Of a DNA stretch of 64,000 bases, positions 10,222 to 20,717 are shown piece after piece. Source of the stretch: an uncultured Marinoscillum sp. (GTDB lineage: Bacteria; Bacteroidota; Bacteroidia; Cytophagales; MED-G16); contig CACOFQ010000001.1 in the NCBI GenBank assembly GCA_902626505.1, positions 5,471 through 69,470 of the forward strand, given 5' to 3'. Under the pieces are notes generated by a model. That model was not told the origin of the DNA. It was given only the letters and a program-made list of their open reading frames with translations, and ran no database searches. The position numbers and the translations under genes were made by a program. How positions within the stretch are numbered: the stretch's first letter is position 1; each line of letters begins with the position of its first letter.

Positions 10222-11610
10222 ATGTCATACAATTTAATTGTTATTGGATCGGGTCCTGGAGGATATGTTGCAGCTATTAGAGCCTCTCAATTAGGATTGA
10301 AAGTTGCAGTAGTTGAAAAAGAATCACTAGGGGGAATATGTTTAAATTGGGGGTGTATTCCCACAAAAGCTCTTCTGAAAAGTGCTCAGGTTTTCGATTA
10401 CGTTAGTCATTCCAGTGATTATGGCATAAATATTAAGAGTTCTAGTGTAGATTTTAATTCAATTATTAATAGAAGTAGAGGAGTTGCTGATGGTATGAGT
10501 AAAGGTGTCAACTTCCTAATGAAGAAAAATAAAATTGATATTTTAACTGGTTTTGGTAAAGTTATTTCAAAAAATGAAGTAGAGGTTGAAGACAGTAAAA
10601 AAAATAAGGTTGTACATAAGGCTGATAATATTATTATTGCTACTGGTGGTAGATCAAGGGAACTGCCAAATATAAAAATTGATGGTGAGAAGGTAATAGA
10701 GTATAGAAAAGCAATGACATTAAAAAAACAACCAAAATCAATGGTTGTAATTGGTTCTGGTGCAATTGGTTCTGAATTTGCATATTTCTATAATAGTATT
10801 GGAACCAAAGTAACATTAGTTGAATATTTACCAAATATTCTTCCTCTTGAAGATATCGATGTTTCAAAGCAACTGGAAAAATCTTTCAAAAAGTCTGGAA
10901 TCGATATTTTAACTAATACTGAAGTTAAGTCTGTTACAACTACATCTAAAGATTGTAAAGTTACTTACTCAAATAATGACAAGGAATCTACAATTAATTG
11001 TGATATTGTATTATCAGCTGTTGGAGTTGAAACAAATATTCAAAATATTGGCCTTGAAGAACTCGGAATTATTACTGAAAAAGGAAAGATAAATGTTGAT
11101 GATTATTATAAAACAAATATTGATGGGGTATATGCTATAGGTGATATAATTAAAGGTCCTGCTCTAGCTCATGTTGCTTCTGCGGAAGGAATTATTTGTG
11201 TAGAAAAAATAGCAGGAAAAAATCCTGGTGTTTTAAATTATGATAATATTCCTTCATGTACTTATTGTAGCCCTGAGGTTGCATCAGTAGGTTTTACCGA
11301 AAAACAAGCCAAAGATTTAGGTTATGAAATCAATGTTGGTAAATTTCCTTTCTCAGCATCTGGAAAGGCAAATGCAGCGGGTCATTCAGATGGTTTTGTA
11401 AAAGTTATCTTTGACAAAAAGTACGGAGAATGGCTTGGGTGTCATATGGTTGGTTACAATGTCACTGAAATGATAGCTGAGGTTGTAGCTGCTAGGAAAT
11501 TAGAGACTACTGCTCATGAAATAATTAAATCAGTTCATCCTCATCCGACAATGTCAGAAGCAATTATGGAAGCTACAGCAGCTGCCTATAATGAGGTTAT
11601 TCACTTATAA
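10222..11610 (+). CDS. lpdA: Dihydrolipoyl dehydrogenase (E3)
   Basis: GSGPGGYVAAIRA FAD motif, redox-active GGICLNWGCIPTK disulfide, and C-terminal HPHPTMSE dimerisation motif. Confidence 0.9.
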   Translation: MSYNLIVIGSGPGGYVAAIRASQLGLKVAVVEKESLGGICLNWGCIPTKALLKSAQVFDYVSHSSDYGINIKSSSVDFNSIINRSRGVADGMSKGVNFLMKKNKIDILTGFGKVISKNEVEVEDSKKNKVVHKADNIIIATGGRSRELPNIKIDGEKVIEYRKAMTLKKQPKSMVVIGSGAIGSEFAYFYNSIGTKVTLVEYLPNILPLEDIDVSKQLEKSFKKSGIDILTNTEVKSVTTTSKDCKVTYSNNDKESTINCDIVLSAVGVETNIQNIGLEELGIITEKGKINVDDYYKTNIDGVYAIGDIIKGPALAHVASAEGIICVEKIAGKNPGVLNYDNIPSCTYCSPEVASVGFTEKQAKDLGYEINVGKFPFSASGKANAAGHSDGFVKVIFDKKYGEWLGCHMVGYNVTEMIAEVVAARKLETTAHEIIKSVHPHPTMSEAIMEATAAAYNEVIHL

Positions 11611-12474
11611 TACTTCTTTTAACATTAAACCGATATTTGCAGGGGATTCAGCAACAGTTAGTCCGCTTTCCCTCATTATTTTCATTTTAGCTTCAGCAGT
11701 ATCGTCTTTACCTCCGATTATTGCACCAGCATGACCCATTCTTTTTCCTTTTGGTGCTGTTTGACCCGCAATAAAACCAACTACTGGTTTTTGGTTACCA
11801 TTATCTTTAATCCATTTTGAAGCTTCAGCTTCATAGTTACCACCTATTTCTCCAATCATAACTATACCTGAAGTCTCACTATCATTTATGAATAATTTTA
11901 TAGCTTCCAAAGTGGAGGTACCAACAATTGGATCACCACCTATGCCAATTGCAGTTGATATTCCAAACCCTGCTTTTACAACTTGGTCTGCAGCTTCATA
12001 TGTCAAGGTTCCAGATTTTGAGACTATACCAACATTTCCTTTTTTGAAAACAAAACCAGGCATAATTCCAACTTTAGCTTCTTCGGGAGTTATAATTCCT
12101 GGACAATTTGGACCGATTAAAGTACTTTTTTTATTTTTTAAAGCTGCTTTAACTTTAATCATATCTTTAACTGGAATCCCCTCAGTTATTGCAACAATAA
12201 CTTCAATTTCAGAGTCTATAGATTCTAAAATTGCATCTGCAGCAAAAGCTGGAGGAACAAAAATTATTGAAACGTTAGCCCCTGTATTTTTTTTTGCGTC
12301 ATAAACAGTATTAAATACAGGTCTTTCTAAGTGTGATGAGCCACCTTTTCCAGGAGTAACTCCACCTACTACATTTGTGCCATATTCTAGCATTTGAGAA
12401 GCATGGAAACTTCCTTCAGATCCTGTAAATCCCTGAACTATTACTTTGGAGTTTTTATTAACTAGAACACTCAT
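11605..12474 (-). CDS. sucD: Succinate--CoA ligase subunit alpha
   Basis: VIVQGFTGSEGSFH, GPNCPGIITP, SKSGTLTYE and the phosphohistidine loop MGHAGAII. Confidence 0.95.
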   Translation of the reverse strand: MSVLVNKNSKVIVQGFTGSEGSFHASQMLEYGTNVVGGVTPGKGGSSHLERPVFNTVYDAKKNTGANVSIIFVPPAFAADAILESIDSEIEVIVAITEGIPVKDMIKVKAALKNKKSTLIGPNCPGIITPEEAKVGIMPGFVFKKGNVGIVSKSGTLTYEAADQVVKAGFGISTAIGIGGDPIVGTSTLEAIKLFINDSETSGIVMIGEIGGNYEAEASKWIKDNGNQKPVVGFIAGQTAPKGKRMGHAGAIIGGKDDTAEAKMKIMRESGLTVAESPANIGLMLKEVL

Positions 12475-12478
12475 TCTT

Positions 12479-12955
12479 TTAAATTTGGCTCAAATATAAA
12501 TCACTAAATTCCCTTACACAACCATATCCTCCCTTAGTATTTAGTACTAATGATACTTTTTCTTTTACAGGTTGAGAAGCATCACTAGGGCAAGCGCTAA
12601 AACCAACAATATCAATTATACTCATATCATTTATGTCATCTCCAATAAACGCAACTTCTTCTAATGTAATTTTATCTTCATTTATCCAATCAATTAAGAT
12701 TTTATCTTTTGGTGCATTTCCTACATAACAGCTTTTAATACCTAGATAAGATGCTCTTGATTTAATTCCATCACCTCTCTCTGAATGACTTATAATTCCA
12801 ATTTTCACACCTTTTTTAATAAGTTCATAAATACCTACTCCGTCTTTTGCATTATATCTTTTAGATTCAATGCCATTTTCATCAATATATATGCCATTAT
12901 CTGTCATGGTACCATCTACATCTAGAATAAGCATTTTTATTTTAGGTATTTTCAT
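12479..12955 (-). CDS. KdsC-family HAD-IIIA sugar-acid phosphate phosphatase
   Basis: LILDVDGTMTDNGIY...AKDGVGI...IGDDINDM...GGYGCVRE is colinear with 3-deoxy-ulosonate-phosphate phosphatases (KdsC / KDN-9-P phosphatase family). Confidence 0.8.
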   Translation of the reverse strand: MKIPKIKMLILDVDGTMTDNGIYIDENGIESKRYNAKDGVGIYELIKKGVKIGIISHSERGDGIKSRASYLGIKSCYVGNAPKDKILIDWINEDKITLEEVAFIGDDINDMSIIDIVGFSACPSDASQPVKEKVSLVLNTKGGYGCVREFSDLYLSQI

Positions 12956-13950
12956 ATCAAATTTCTATTTACAGCTTTACAAATTGGAACCAAACTTGAG
13001 AACATTTCTTCAAATTCTTTGAAGTTTAGTTGCTGAGATGCATCAGACTTTGCAACTTTTGGATTAGGATGACTCTCTATTAATAAACCATCTATTCCCA
13101 TTGCTACACAAGCTCTAGTCAAATCAGGAACTCCATAACTATATCCCATAGCATGACTAGTATCTAAGATGATGGGTAAATTGGTGTACTCCTTTAAAAA
13201 AGAAACTCCACATAAATCTAAAGTAAACCGGGTCTTTGTTTCAAAAGTTCTAATTCCTCTCTCACATAAAATTACATTTGGATTTCCTTCTGATAAAATA
13301 AATTCAGCAGCCTGGACAAACTCCTGTAGATTAGACCCAAAACCTCTTTTAAGGAGTACAGGTTTGTTTTGTTGACCTGTTTCTCTGAGAATACCATGAT
13401 CATACATTGCTTTGGCTCCAATTTGAATAATGTCAGTGTATTTTATGACATCATCAACGTGAGATGCGTCTTTAACCTCTGAAATTATATTAAATCCGAA
13501 CTCATCTCTTATATCCGATAACATTTTTAATCCTTCTACACCAAGTCCTTGGAAAGAATACGGTGATGTTCTAGGTTTAAAACAACCAGCTCTAAGTGTA
13601 GTAAGATTTAATTTCTTTAATAAATTAGCTGATTCTCTAATTTGTTCTTCACTTTCAATAGAACATGGACCAGTTATCATTAGTGTGTTATTTGTTTCCC
13701 CTCCGACTTCAATATTATTTATTTTTACCTTCCTAGTTTTTTTAATATAATCTTTACTTGATAATTGAATATCTGATTCTAAAACAAATTTTTCTGAGAT
13801 AAAGTCTTCATATTTTTTATCAATAGATTTTGTTTTAGAGGATGTTATTATCAATTTATTTTTGTTATTGAATATTAATTTTCCTTCTAGCTCTGATGAA
13901 ATTTTTCTTGCATTATCGGCAGATATATTTTCTTGTAAATGAATAATCAT
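12952..13950 (-). CDS. Type I-beta 3-deoxy-7-phosphoheptulonate (DAHP) synthase-like aldolase with an N-terminal ferredoxin/ACT-like domain
   Basis: GPCSIESEEQ, RAGCFKPRTSPYSFQGLG, LLKRGFG and ILCERGIRTFETKTRFTLD are near-colinear with Thermotoga-type DAHPS. The motif is KPRT (DAHPS-type), not KANRS (KdsA-type). The N-terminal extension is about 70 aa. Confidence 0.8.
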   Translation of the reverse strand: MIIHLQENISADNARKISSELEGKLIFNNKNKLIITSSKTKSIDKKYEDFISEKFVLESDIQLSSKDYIKKTRKVKINNIEVGGETNNTLMITGPCSIESEEQIRESANLLKKLNLTTLRAGCFKPRTSPYSFQGLGVEGLKMLSDIRDEFGFNIISEVKDASHVDDVIKYTDIIQIGAKAMYDHGILRETGQQNKPVLLKRGFGSNLQEFVQAAEFILSEGNPNVILCERGIRTFETKTRFTLDLCGVSFLKEYTNLPIILDTSHAMGYSYGVPDLTRACVAMGIDGLLIESHPNPKVAKSDASQQLNFKEFEEMFSSLVPICKAVNRNLI

Positions 13951-14960
13951 GATTCGCTTTTTATTAGATTAAAAAATGTAACCAACCCTACTAACCTCAT
14001 TACCTCATTAGTAACGGGAATAAAAGATATAAGAAAATTATGGTTTTGAATAGTCTTCAACATATTATTAATACTATCACCTTCTTTTATAATTATTGGA
14101 TTCTTATTTATTATGTCCTCAGCTTTAAAAGTGCTAAAAGCTTTTATGTTATTAATTAAACTTTTTCGTATATCTGCCATACTAATAATCCCAATTAATT
14201 CTTTTTTTCTATTTTCTACACAGGTAAAACCCAGATCATATTTTTCAATAGTAGATAAAATTTCATCTATTTTGCTATTTTCATTTACAATTGGTGACTC
14301 ATTTCTATTAAGCATAAACTCACTTACTTTAATTTGAGATGATGATACTGATGATTTTAGTTCCAATAAAGACTTTGCAATATCACCGTTAACAAGGTAA
14401 GATCCAGATACAACAGATTTAACGCCATGAATTCTAAGTATAAATGCAATTTCATCATTTACCCCTCCATCTATATGAACCTTTTTTGATGGATATGTAT
14501 TCTTGAAATCTCTTATTTTTTTAAAATTAATTTTATTGAATTTACCTCCACTTTCTCCCGGAGTAGTAGTCATAAGAAGAATAAAGTCACAATTGTTTTT
14601 ATAATTTTCAAATTTACTTACGTCTGTATCTGATGTTATTGCAATACCAAATTGAGTCTTAACTGAGTTCGGAAAATCTAATTCATCCTTAATATTTTCT
14701 AATTGGTATGTTACAAATTCAATCTCATTTTCAATAATGAAGTTCTCATATTTATTTGGGTTATCTGAAATAATGTGTAAGTCAATAGGCTTATTGCTAA
14801 TCTTTCTAATTTCTTTAATATCTTCTTCGATCTTTTTTAATTCTATTTTTTTATCATTAAAGTCAACATGAAACATATCAACATTATATTTATCAAGATC
14901 TTGAATAAGGATTTCTAAACTTCTGTCCTTGTTTGAGTATATTGATGCTGATATTTTCAT
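13947..14960 (-). CDS. Ribulose-phosphate 3-epimerase-like barrel fused to a C-terminal CBS pair
   Basis: The N-terminal ~215 aa carry RPE-like motifs (FHVDFND, DLHIIS, MTTTPGESGGKF, HIDGGV). The C-terminal ~120 aa has two CBS-like repeats (VSEFM...IGIISMADI; ...LVGLVTFFNL). Confidence 0.7.
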   Translation of the reverse strand: MKISASIYSNKDRSLEILIQDLDKYNVDMFHVDFNDKKIELKKIEEDIKEIRKISNKPIDLHIISDNPNKYENFIIENEIEFVTYQLENIKDELDFPNSVKTQFGIAITSDTDVSKFENYKNNCDFILLMTTTPGESGGKFNKINFKKIRDFKNTYPSKKVHIDGGVNDEIAFILRIHGVKSVVSGSYLVNGDIAKSLLELKSSVSSSQIKVSEFMLNRNESPIVNENSKIDEILSTIEKYDLGFTCVENRKKELIGIISMADIRKSLINNIKAFSTFKAEDIINKNPIIIKEGDSINNMLKTIQNHNFLISFIPVTNEVMRLVGLVTFFNLIKSES

Positions 14961-15025
14961 TTTGACTCAAATATAATTCACTTATTTTCATTGTGTAATA
15001 CATTAATAATCTAATTTTACATATT

Positions 15026-16585
15026 ATGAAAATGAAAAAATCTATTTCAGTTTTAGTTTATCTCTTTTGTGCAATTTTTATTTTAATTAATTGTACAAAT
15101 AAAGAATTAACATTTATTGAAGATGTTGATGGTCTTAAAGTTGACTCTATGGCCCCTTTTTATCATGGAGTAGCATCCGGTGATCCTTTAGAAAATAAAG
15201 TTATAATTTGGACTAGAGTTACACCTGAAAAAACTTTAAGTGAAATTTCTGTAAAATGGAAAATATCTGAATCAAAGGATTTTAATGAAATTTTAAATGA
15301 AGGTGTATTTATTACAAATTATGAGAGAGATTATACTGTCAAAGTTGACGTGGATAAATTAAGGCCTGGTAAAACATATTTTTATAAGTTTGAAGCTTTA
15401 GGAAAAGAATCAATGGTTGGCAGAACAAAAACAATTAGTGATTCTATAAATTCATTAAAGATAGCAGCAATTAGCTGTAGTGATTATCAAAGAGGTTTTT
15501 TTAATGCTTATGGATCACTTGCTGATGAGGATTTAGATGCAGTAATACATTTAGGGGATTATATTTATGAGTATAAGTCTCGTGATTATAGTAATGGGAT
15601 TTTCAAAAGATTACATTTACCTGATAAAGAAATTGTTTCCTTGTCAGACTATAGAACAAGGCATTCTCAATACAAATTAGATCCTGATTTGATAAGTGCT
15701 CATAGTAGTCATCCTTTCATTTTAATATGGGATGATCACGAAACTGCTAATAATACATACAAAGATGGAGCTGAAAATCATCAAGAGGAAAAAGAAGGAA
15801 ATTTTAATGAAAGAATTTCATCAGCACTTCAAGCTTATTACGAGTGGCAGCCAATAAGAGAAAATCAAATGCCATACAGAAAGTTTACTTTTGGTGGTTT
15901 AGCAGATCTCATAATTCTAGAAGAAAGGCTAGAAGGTAGAACTAAACAAGCTGCTAGTTTAGAAGATTCTTCTCTTTTTCAAATTGACAGGACAATGCTT
16001 GGAGAGATACAACTTAATTGGTTTTTAAATAATTTATCTGATAATTCAACCCAGTGGAAGATAATAGGTAATCAAGTTATATTTTCATACTTAAATTATG
16101 GAAGACCAGACTTTAATATAAATTTAGATTCATGGGATGGCTATCCTGTTGAGAGACAAAGAATTGCTGATCATATAGTTAGTAATAATATAAATGATGT
16201 TGTTTTTATTACGGGAGACACACATCAGTCTTGGGCTTTTGAGGTAAATCATATTCCATTAGAATCTGACTATCCTATAAAACCTTATGCATTGGAATTT
16301 GGTACCCCAAGTATAAATTCAGGAAATTCTGATGAAAGGTTTTCTAATGTTCCTTTACAAAATTTAATTGACCATGAAAATTACATTACGGATGAATCTA
16401 TCAACCCGCATCTTAAATATACAAATACAAGAGATCATGGTTACCTAATTTTAGAATTCAATAGAGAGAGAGTCCAGGCAACTTGGAAGTATGTAAAAAC
16501 TTTAATACGAAGAGATAAATCTATTAAAGAGACTATCCAAATTGAAAGTGATTCAAAAAGTAATAAACTAAATAAAATTATTTAG
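15026..16585 (+). CDS. phoD: PhoD-like alkaline phosphatase / phosphodiesterase, predicted lipoprotein
   Basis: FYHGVASGDP, IWTRV and HLGDYIYEY, then WDDHE, GDTHQSWA. The N-terminus has a lipobox-like LINC and no twin-arginine motif. Confidence 0.8.
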   Translation: MKMKKSISVLVYLFCAIFILINCTNKELTFIEDVDGLKVDSMAPFYHGVASGDPLENKVIIWTRVTPEKTLSEISVKWKISESKDFNEILNEGVFITNYERDYTVKVDVDKLRPGKTYFYKFEALGKESMVGRTKTISDSINSLKIAAISCSDYQRGFFNAYGSLADEDLDAVIHLGDYIYEYKSRDYSNGIFKRLHLPDKEIVSLSDYRTRHSQYKLDPDLISAHSSHPFILIWDDHETANNTYKDGAENHQEEKEGNFNERISSALQAYYEWQPIRENQMPYRKFTFGGLADLIILEERLEGRTKQAASLEDSSLFQIDRTMLGEIQLNWFLNNLSDNSTQWKIIGNQVIFSYLNYGRPDFNINLDSWDGYPVERQRIADHIVSNNINDVVFITGDTHQSWAFEVNHIPLESDYPIKPYALEFGTPSINSGNSDERFSNVPLQNLIDHENYITDESINPHLKYTNTRDHGYLILEFNRERVQATWKYVKTLIRRDKSIKETIQIESDSKSNKLNKII

Positions 16586-16589
16586 TTAT

Positions 16590-17423
16590 ATGAAATACAT
16601 TTATTATATAGTGTCAAGACTACCTATGAGTTTTCTGTACTTTCTGTCAGATATATTTTATATTTTTATTTCAAGGTTTTACAGAAAAAAAGTAGTAGAA
16701 ATGAATATAAAAAACTCATTTCCTAAACTATCTGAAAAAGAGCTAATTAAGATTAAAAAGCGATTTTATAATAATTTTTGTGATATATTTTTCGAGACTA
16801 TAAAATCTTATACAATTAGTAAAAATCAACTATTTAATAGTGTTAGGTTTAAAAATATTGATATAATAAATAATCATGTTTTGAATAATGAAAGGGTAGT
16901 TGTTCTAACAAGTCACCAATGTAACTGGGAATGGCTAGCTATCTCAGCAGAAATTAACTTAAAATCGACTCTACATTTTATTTATAAAAAATTAAGAAAT
17001 CGATCTTTTGATGAAATTATGTTTAAATCAAGATCAAAATTTGGATCGGTTCTTATAGAATCAAAAGATGCTATTTCTAAGCTTAAAAATAACTTAGATA
17101 CAGTAAAGGTATTAGGTATTGTTGCAGATCAGTCCCCAAATAAAAAAAACAGAATAGAATGGGCTAAAATGTTAAATCAGGATACTGCTTTTTTTGATTC
17201 AATAAGTTATATACCTGTAATTACAAATAGTCAAGTTTATTATGCCTCAATGGTTAGAGAATCAAGAGGAAAATATATTGTAGAATTTATTAAGATTTCT
17301 AGTCCTCCTCACACAAATAAAAAACCAATAATAAAAGAATATGCAGCTCGATTAGAAGATCAGATAATTCAAAACCCTGGGGATTGGCTTTGGTCTCATA
17401 AAAGATGGAAATTAACCAAATAA
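16590..17423 (+). CDS. Lipid A biosynthesis (LpxL/HtrB-like) lysophospholipid acyltransferase
   Basis: 277 aa with an N-terminal TM segment, the HQCNWEW (HX4E-like) catalytic motif and a C-terminal [11 protein letters not shown] signature typical of the HtrB/MsbB family. Confidence 0.7.
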   Translation: MKYIYYIVSRLPMSFLYFLSDIFYIFISRFYRKKVVEMNIKNSFPKLSEKELIKIKKRFYNNFCDIFFETIKSYTISKNQLFNSVRFKNIDIINNHVLNNERVVVLTSHQCNWEWLAISAEINLKSTLHFIYKKLRNRSFDEIMFKSRSKFGSVLIESKDAISKLKNNLDTVKVLGIVADQSPNKKNRIEWAKMLNQDTAFFDSISYIPVITNSQVYYASMVRESRGKYIVEFIKISSPPHTNKKPIIKEYAARLEDQIIQNPGDWLWSHKRWKLTK

Positions 17424-17460
17424 AATAGATATTTATTGTCTAATTTTGGATATAATATAT

Positions 17461-19251
17461 ATGGAAAATATTCGAAATTTTTGTATTATAGCTCACATTG
17501 ATCATGGGAAGAGTACGTTAGCTGATAGACTTTTAGAGTTTACTCAGACTGTGGACTCAAGAGAGATGACAAATCAACTTTTAGATAATATGGATCTTGA
17601 GAGAGAAAGGGGAATAACAATTAAGTCTCATGCTATTCAAATGTCTCATAAATTTGAAAAAAAAGTTTATACCTTAAACTTAATTGATACACCAGGTCAT
17701 GTAGATTTTTCTTATGAGGTCTCTCGTTCAATAGCATCTTGTGAGGGAGCATTATTAGTAGTTGATGCATCCCAGGGTATTCAAGCTCAAACAATCTCTA
17801 ATTTGTATCTTGCTCTTGAACAAGGGTTAGAGATTATTCCCGTATTAAATAAAATTGATTTACCTGGAGCAATGATTGAGGAAGTCTCAGATCAGGTTAT
17901 TGATTTAATTGGTTGTGAAAAAGAAGAAATTTTACATGTTAGTGCTAAAGATGGTATTGGTATTGAAGAGTTAATAGCTGAAATTATTAATAAAATTCCA
18001 CCGCCTTTAGGTGATGATAATAAACCACTTCAAGCAATGATTTTTGATTCTGTATATAATTCTTTTAGAGGAATTGAGGTTTTATTTAGAGTATTTAATG
18101 GTAAAATAAATAAAGGAGATAAAGTCAAGTTTGTTAATACTGGAAAAGAATATAATGTTGATGAAATAGGTATTTTAAAATTAAAAAAAGAATCTAAAAA
18201 TGAGATAAGTTCAGGTAATGTAGGATATTTAATTTCAGGTATTAAAAATGCTAAAGAAGTTAAGGTTGGAGATACAATAACTCATAATGAAAATGATACG
18301 GTAGAGGCTATCAAGGGATTTGAAGATGTTAAACCTATGGTTTTTGCAGGTATTTATCCAGTAGATAGTTCTGATTATGAAGAGTTAAGAAATTCCTTAG
18401 AAAAGTTACAACTAAATGATGCTTCATTGGTATGGGAGCCTGAGACATCAGCTGCATTAGGTTTTGGATTTAGGTGTGGTTTTCTTGGAATGCTTCACAT
18501 GGATATAATACAGGAAAGGTTAGAAAGAGAATTTGATATGTCAGTAATTACAACAGTACCTTCTGTTGAATTTAATTGCTTTAAAACTAATGGAGAACTA
18601 GCTAGTATATATGCTCCATCTGAAATGCCAGAGCCAAATGAAATATCAAAAATTGAAGAACCTGTCATTTCTGCTCAAATTATTACAAAATCTGATTTTA
18701 TTGGAGGTATAATAAAATTATGTATAGATAGAAGAGGAACTCTCGTAAATCAAGTTTATTTATCAAAGGATAGAGTTGAGCTATCTTTCACTTTACCTCT
18801 TTCAGAAATTGTTTTTGACTTTTACGATAAACTTAAATCAATATCTAGAGGTTACGCCTCATTAGATTATGAGCTTTCTGGATTTTCTGAATCTAAAATG
18901 TCCAAATTAGATATTATGCTAAATGGTGACAGAGTTGATGCCCTATCAGCAATAGTTCATAGAGATAAGGCTTATACTTGGGGTAAAAAATTATGTGAAA
19001 AGTTAAAGGAATTACTACCAAGACAAATGTTTGAAATTGCTATTCAAGCATCTATTGGAAATAAAATTATTGCAAGAGAAACTGTAAGAGCATTAAGGAA
19101 AAACGTTACTGCTAAATGTTATGGTGGTGATATTACAAGAAAAAGAAAGCTTCTAGAGAAGCAGAAAAAAGGTAAAAAAAGAATGAGGCAGGTTGGTAAT
19201 GTAGAAATCCCTCAAAATGCATTTTTAGCAGTACTTAAAATAGATGAATAA
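17461..19251 (+). CDS. lepA: Translation elongation factor 4 (LepA)
   Basis: [35 protein letters not shown], and the LepA-specific C-terminus ([24 protein letters not shown]). I chose the ATG at 17461 rather than the upstream TTG used in the track. Confidence 0.95.
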   Translation: MENIRNFCIIAHIDHGKSTLADRLLEFTQTVDSREMTNQLLDNMDLERERGITIKSHAIQMSHKFEKKVYTLNLIDTPGHVDFSYEVSRSIASCEGALLVVDASQGIQAQTISNLYLALEQGLEIIPVLNKIDLPGAMIEEVSDQVIDLIGCEKEEILHVSAKDGIGIEELIAEIINKIPPPLGDDNKPLQAMIFDSVYNSFRGIEVLFRVFNGKINKGDKVKFVNTGKEYNVDEIGILKLKKESKNEISSGNVGYLISGIKNAKEVKVGDTITHNENDTVEAIKGFEDVKPMVFAGIYPVDSSDYEELRNSLEKLQLNDASLVWEPETSAALGFGFRCGFLGMLHMDIIQERLEREFDMSVITTVPSVEFNCFKTNGELASIYAPSEMPEPNEISKIEEPVISAQIITKSDFIGGIIKLCIDRRGTLVNQVYLSKDRVELSFTLPLSEIVFDFYDKLKSISRGYASLDYELSGFSESKMSKLDIMLNGDRVDALSAIVHRDKAYTWGKKLCEKLKELLPRQMFEIAIQASIGNKIIARETVRALRKNVTAKCYGGDITRKRKLLEKQKKGKKRMRQVGNVEIPQNAFLAVLKIDE

Positions 19252-20119
19252 TTTAATTGACGGTAAAAAAGTAGCTAGTGAAATAAAAGATGAAATAACT
19301 CAAAAAATTTCATATTCTATGTCTAAAGGTAATAGGGCACCATCTATAAAGATTATTTTAGTTGGAGATCATGGGCCAAGTAAAATTTATGTAAATGCAA
19401 AATTAAAAGCATGCGAAAGTGTGGGGATTGATGCCGATTTAATTAGTTTAAACGATAACATAAATCAAGATAAATTATCAGACATAATAAAAAAACTTAA
19501 TTCAGATCAAAACCTCGATGGTTTTATTGTCCAATTACCTTTACCAAATCAAATAAGTGTTCAAAAAATAATAGAATTAATTGATCCATCTAAAGATATT
19601 GATGGATTTACTAATGACAACATAGGCAGTATAACATCAAAAAAGAAAAAATTAATGCCAGCCACTGGTCTTGGAGTTATGACGTTAATTGAAAGATATA
19701 ATATTGATATTGACTCAAAAAAATGTGTTGTTCTTGGGGCGAGCAGAAATGTGGGGGGTGCGATTGCTCAAATGTTAGTAGAAAGAGAGGATGCAACAGT
19801 TATAGTTTGTAATAGTAAAACCAAAAATTTAAAATCTTTAACTATTGATGCTGATTTAATAGTATCTGCCGTTGGAATGCCTAATTTAGTGACATCAGAT
19901 ATGGTTAAAAATGGTGTTGCAATAATTGATGTAGGTATTTCTCGTGTTAAAGATTCATCAAAAAAATCTGGCTATAAAATAGTTGGTGATGTCGATTTTG
20001 ATAATGTGTCAAAAAAAGCTAGTTTAATAACTCCTGTTCCAGGAGGAGTTGGACCAATGACTATTGTTTCCTTACTACAAAATACTTTAAAGGTTTATTG
20101 TGACAAATTCAATGTCTGA
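19244..20119 (+). CDS. folD: Bifunctional methylenetetrahydrofolate dehydrogenase / methenyl-THF cyclohydrolase
   Basis: [30 protein letters not shown] and [11 protein letters not shown] motifs. Confidence 0.95.
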   Translation: MNNLIDGKKVASEIKDEITQKISYSMSKGNRAPSIKIILVGDHGPSKIYVNAKLKACESVGIDADLISLNDNINQDKLSDIIKKLNSDQNLDGFIVQLPLPNQISVQKIIELIDPSKDIDGFTNDNIGSITSKKKKLMPATGLGVMTLIERYNIDIDSKKCVVLGASRNVGGAIAQMLVEREDATVIVCNSKTKNLKSLTIDADLIVSAVGMPNLVTSDMVKNGVAIIDVGISRVKDSSKKSGYKIVGDVDFDNVSKKASLITPVPGGVGPMTIVSLLQNTLKVYCDKFNV

Positions 20120-20717
20120 ATATAAAATTCCAGTAATGGAATCATTCTATAGTATTCAGGGTGAGGGGGCTCATTCTGGTCGTCCATCTTATTTTATAAG
20201 ACTTGCGGGTTGTGATGTTAATTGTAATTGGTGTGATGTGAAAGACTCTTGGGAAATTAATGAAAATCAATATAAATCTGTTACAGAAATTATAAATGAA
20301 ATAAACAAATATTCAGCAGAAATTGTAATAATTACAGGTGGTGAACCATTAATGCATAATTTAACTGATCTTACTTTAGCCATTAAAAAAATAAATAAAA
20401 GAATTCATATTGAAACATCAGGAACTCATCCAATTTCTGGATACTTTGATTGGATATGTTTTTCACCAAAAAAATTCAAAAAACCATTGAGTGAGTTTTT
20501 TAAAATATCTGATGAATTAAAAATTATTATATGTAATGATTCTGATTTTCGATGGGCAGAATTTATATTAAGAAAAATTAAAAATAAACCTGAACTTATA
20601 TTACAGCCAGAATGGTCAAAATCTGCAATGATTAATCCTAAAATATTAGATTATATTAAATCTAATCCAAAATGGAGAATATCTATACAAACACATAAAT
20701 ACTTGAATATTGATTAA
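20112..20717 (+). CDS. queE: 7-carboxy-7-deazaguanine synthase QueE (radical SAM)
   Basis: ESFYSIQGEGAHSGRPSYFIRLAGCDVNCNWCD cluster motif and ITGGEP. The ATG at 20112 overlaps the folD stop (ATGTCTGA). A GTG at 20100 is an alternative start. Confidence 0.85.
   Translation: MSEYKIPVMESFYSIQGEGAHSGRPSYFIRLAGCDVNCNWCDVKDSWEINENQYKSVTEIINEINKYSAEIVIITGGEPLMHNLTDLTLAIKKINKRIHIETSGTHPISGYFDWICFSPKKFKKPLSEFFKISDELKIIICNDSDFRWAEFILRKIKNKPELILQPEWSKSAMINPKILDYIKSNPKWRISIQTHKYLNID

Noticed and set aside
11888-12304. 138-aa plus-strand ORF inside sucD
   Set aside because: It is an antisense shadow ORF. sucD on the minus strand has full-length, motif-complete homology.
17446-17460. Upstream alternative starts in the track for lepA (TTG 17446) and, similarly, rplW (57885)
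   Set aside because: ATG codons at 17461 and 57903 give the family-typical N-termini ([18 protein letters not shown]; MAVLIKPILTEK). They also remove an unnecessary overlap with the upstream gene.
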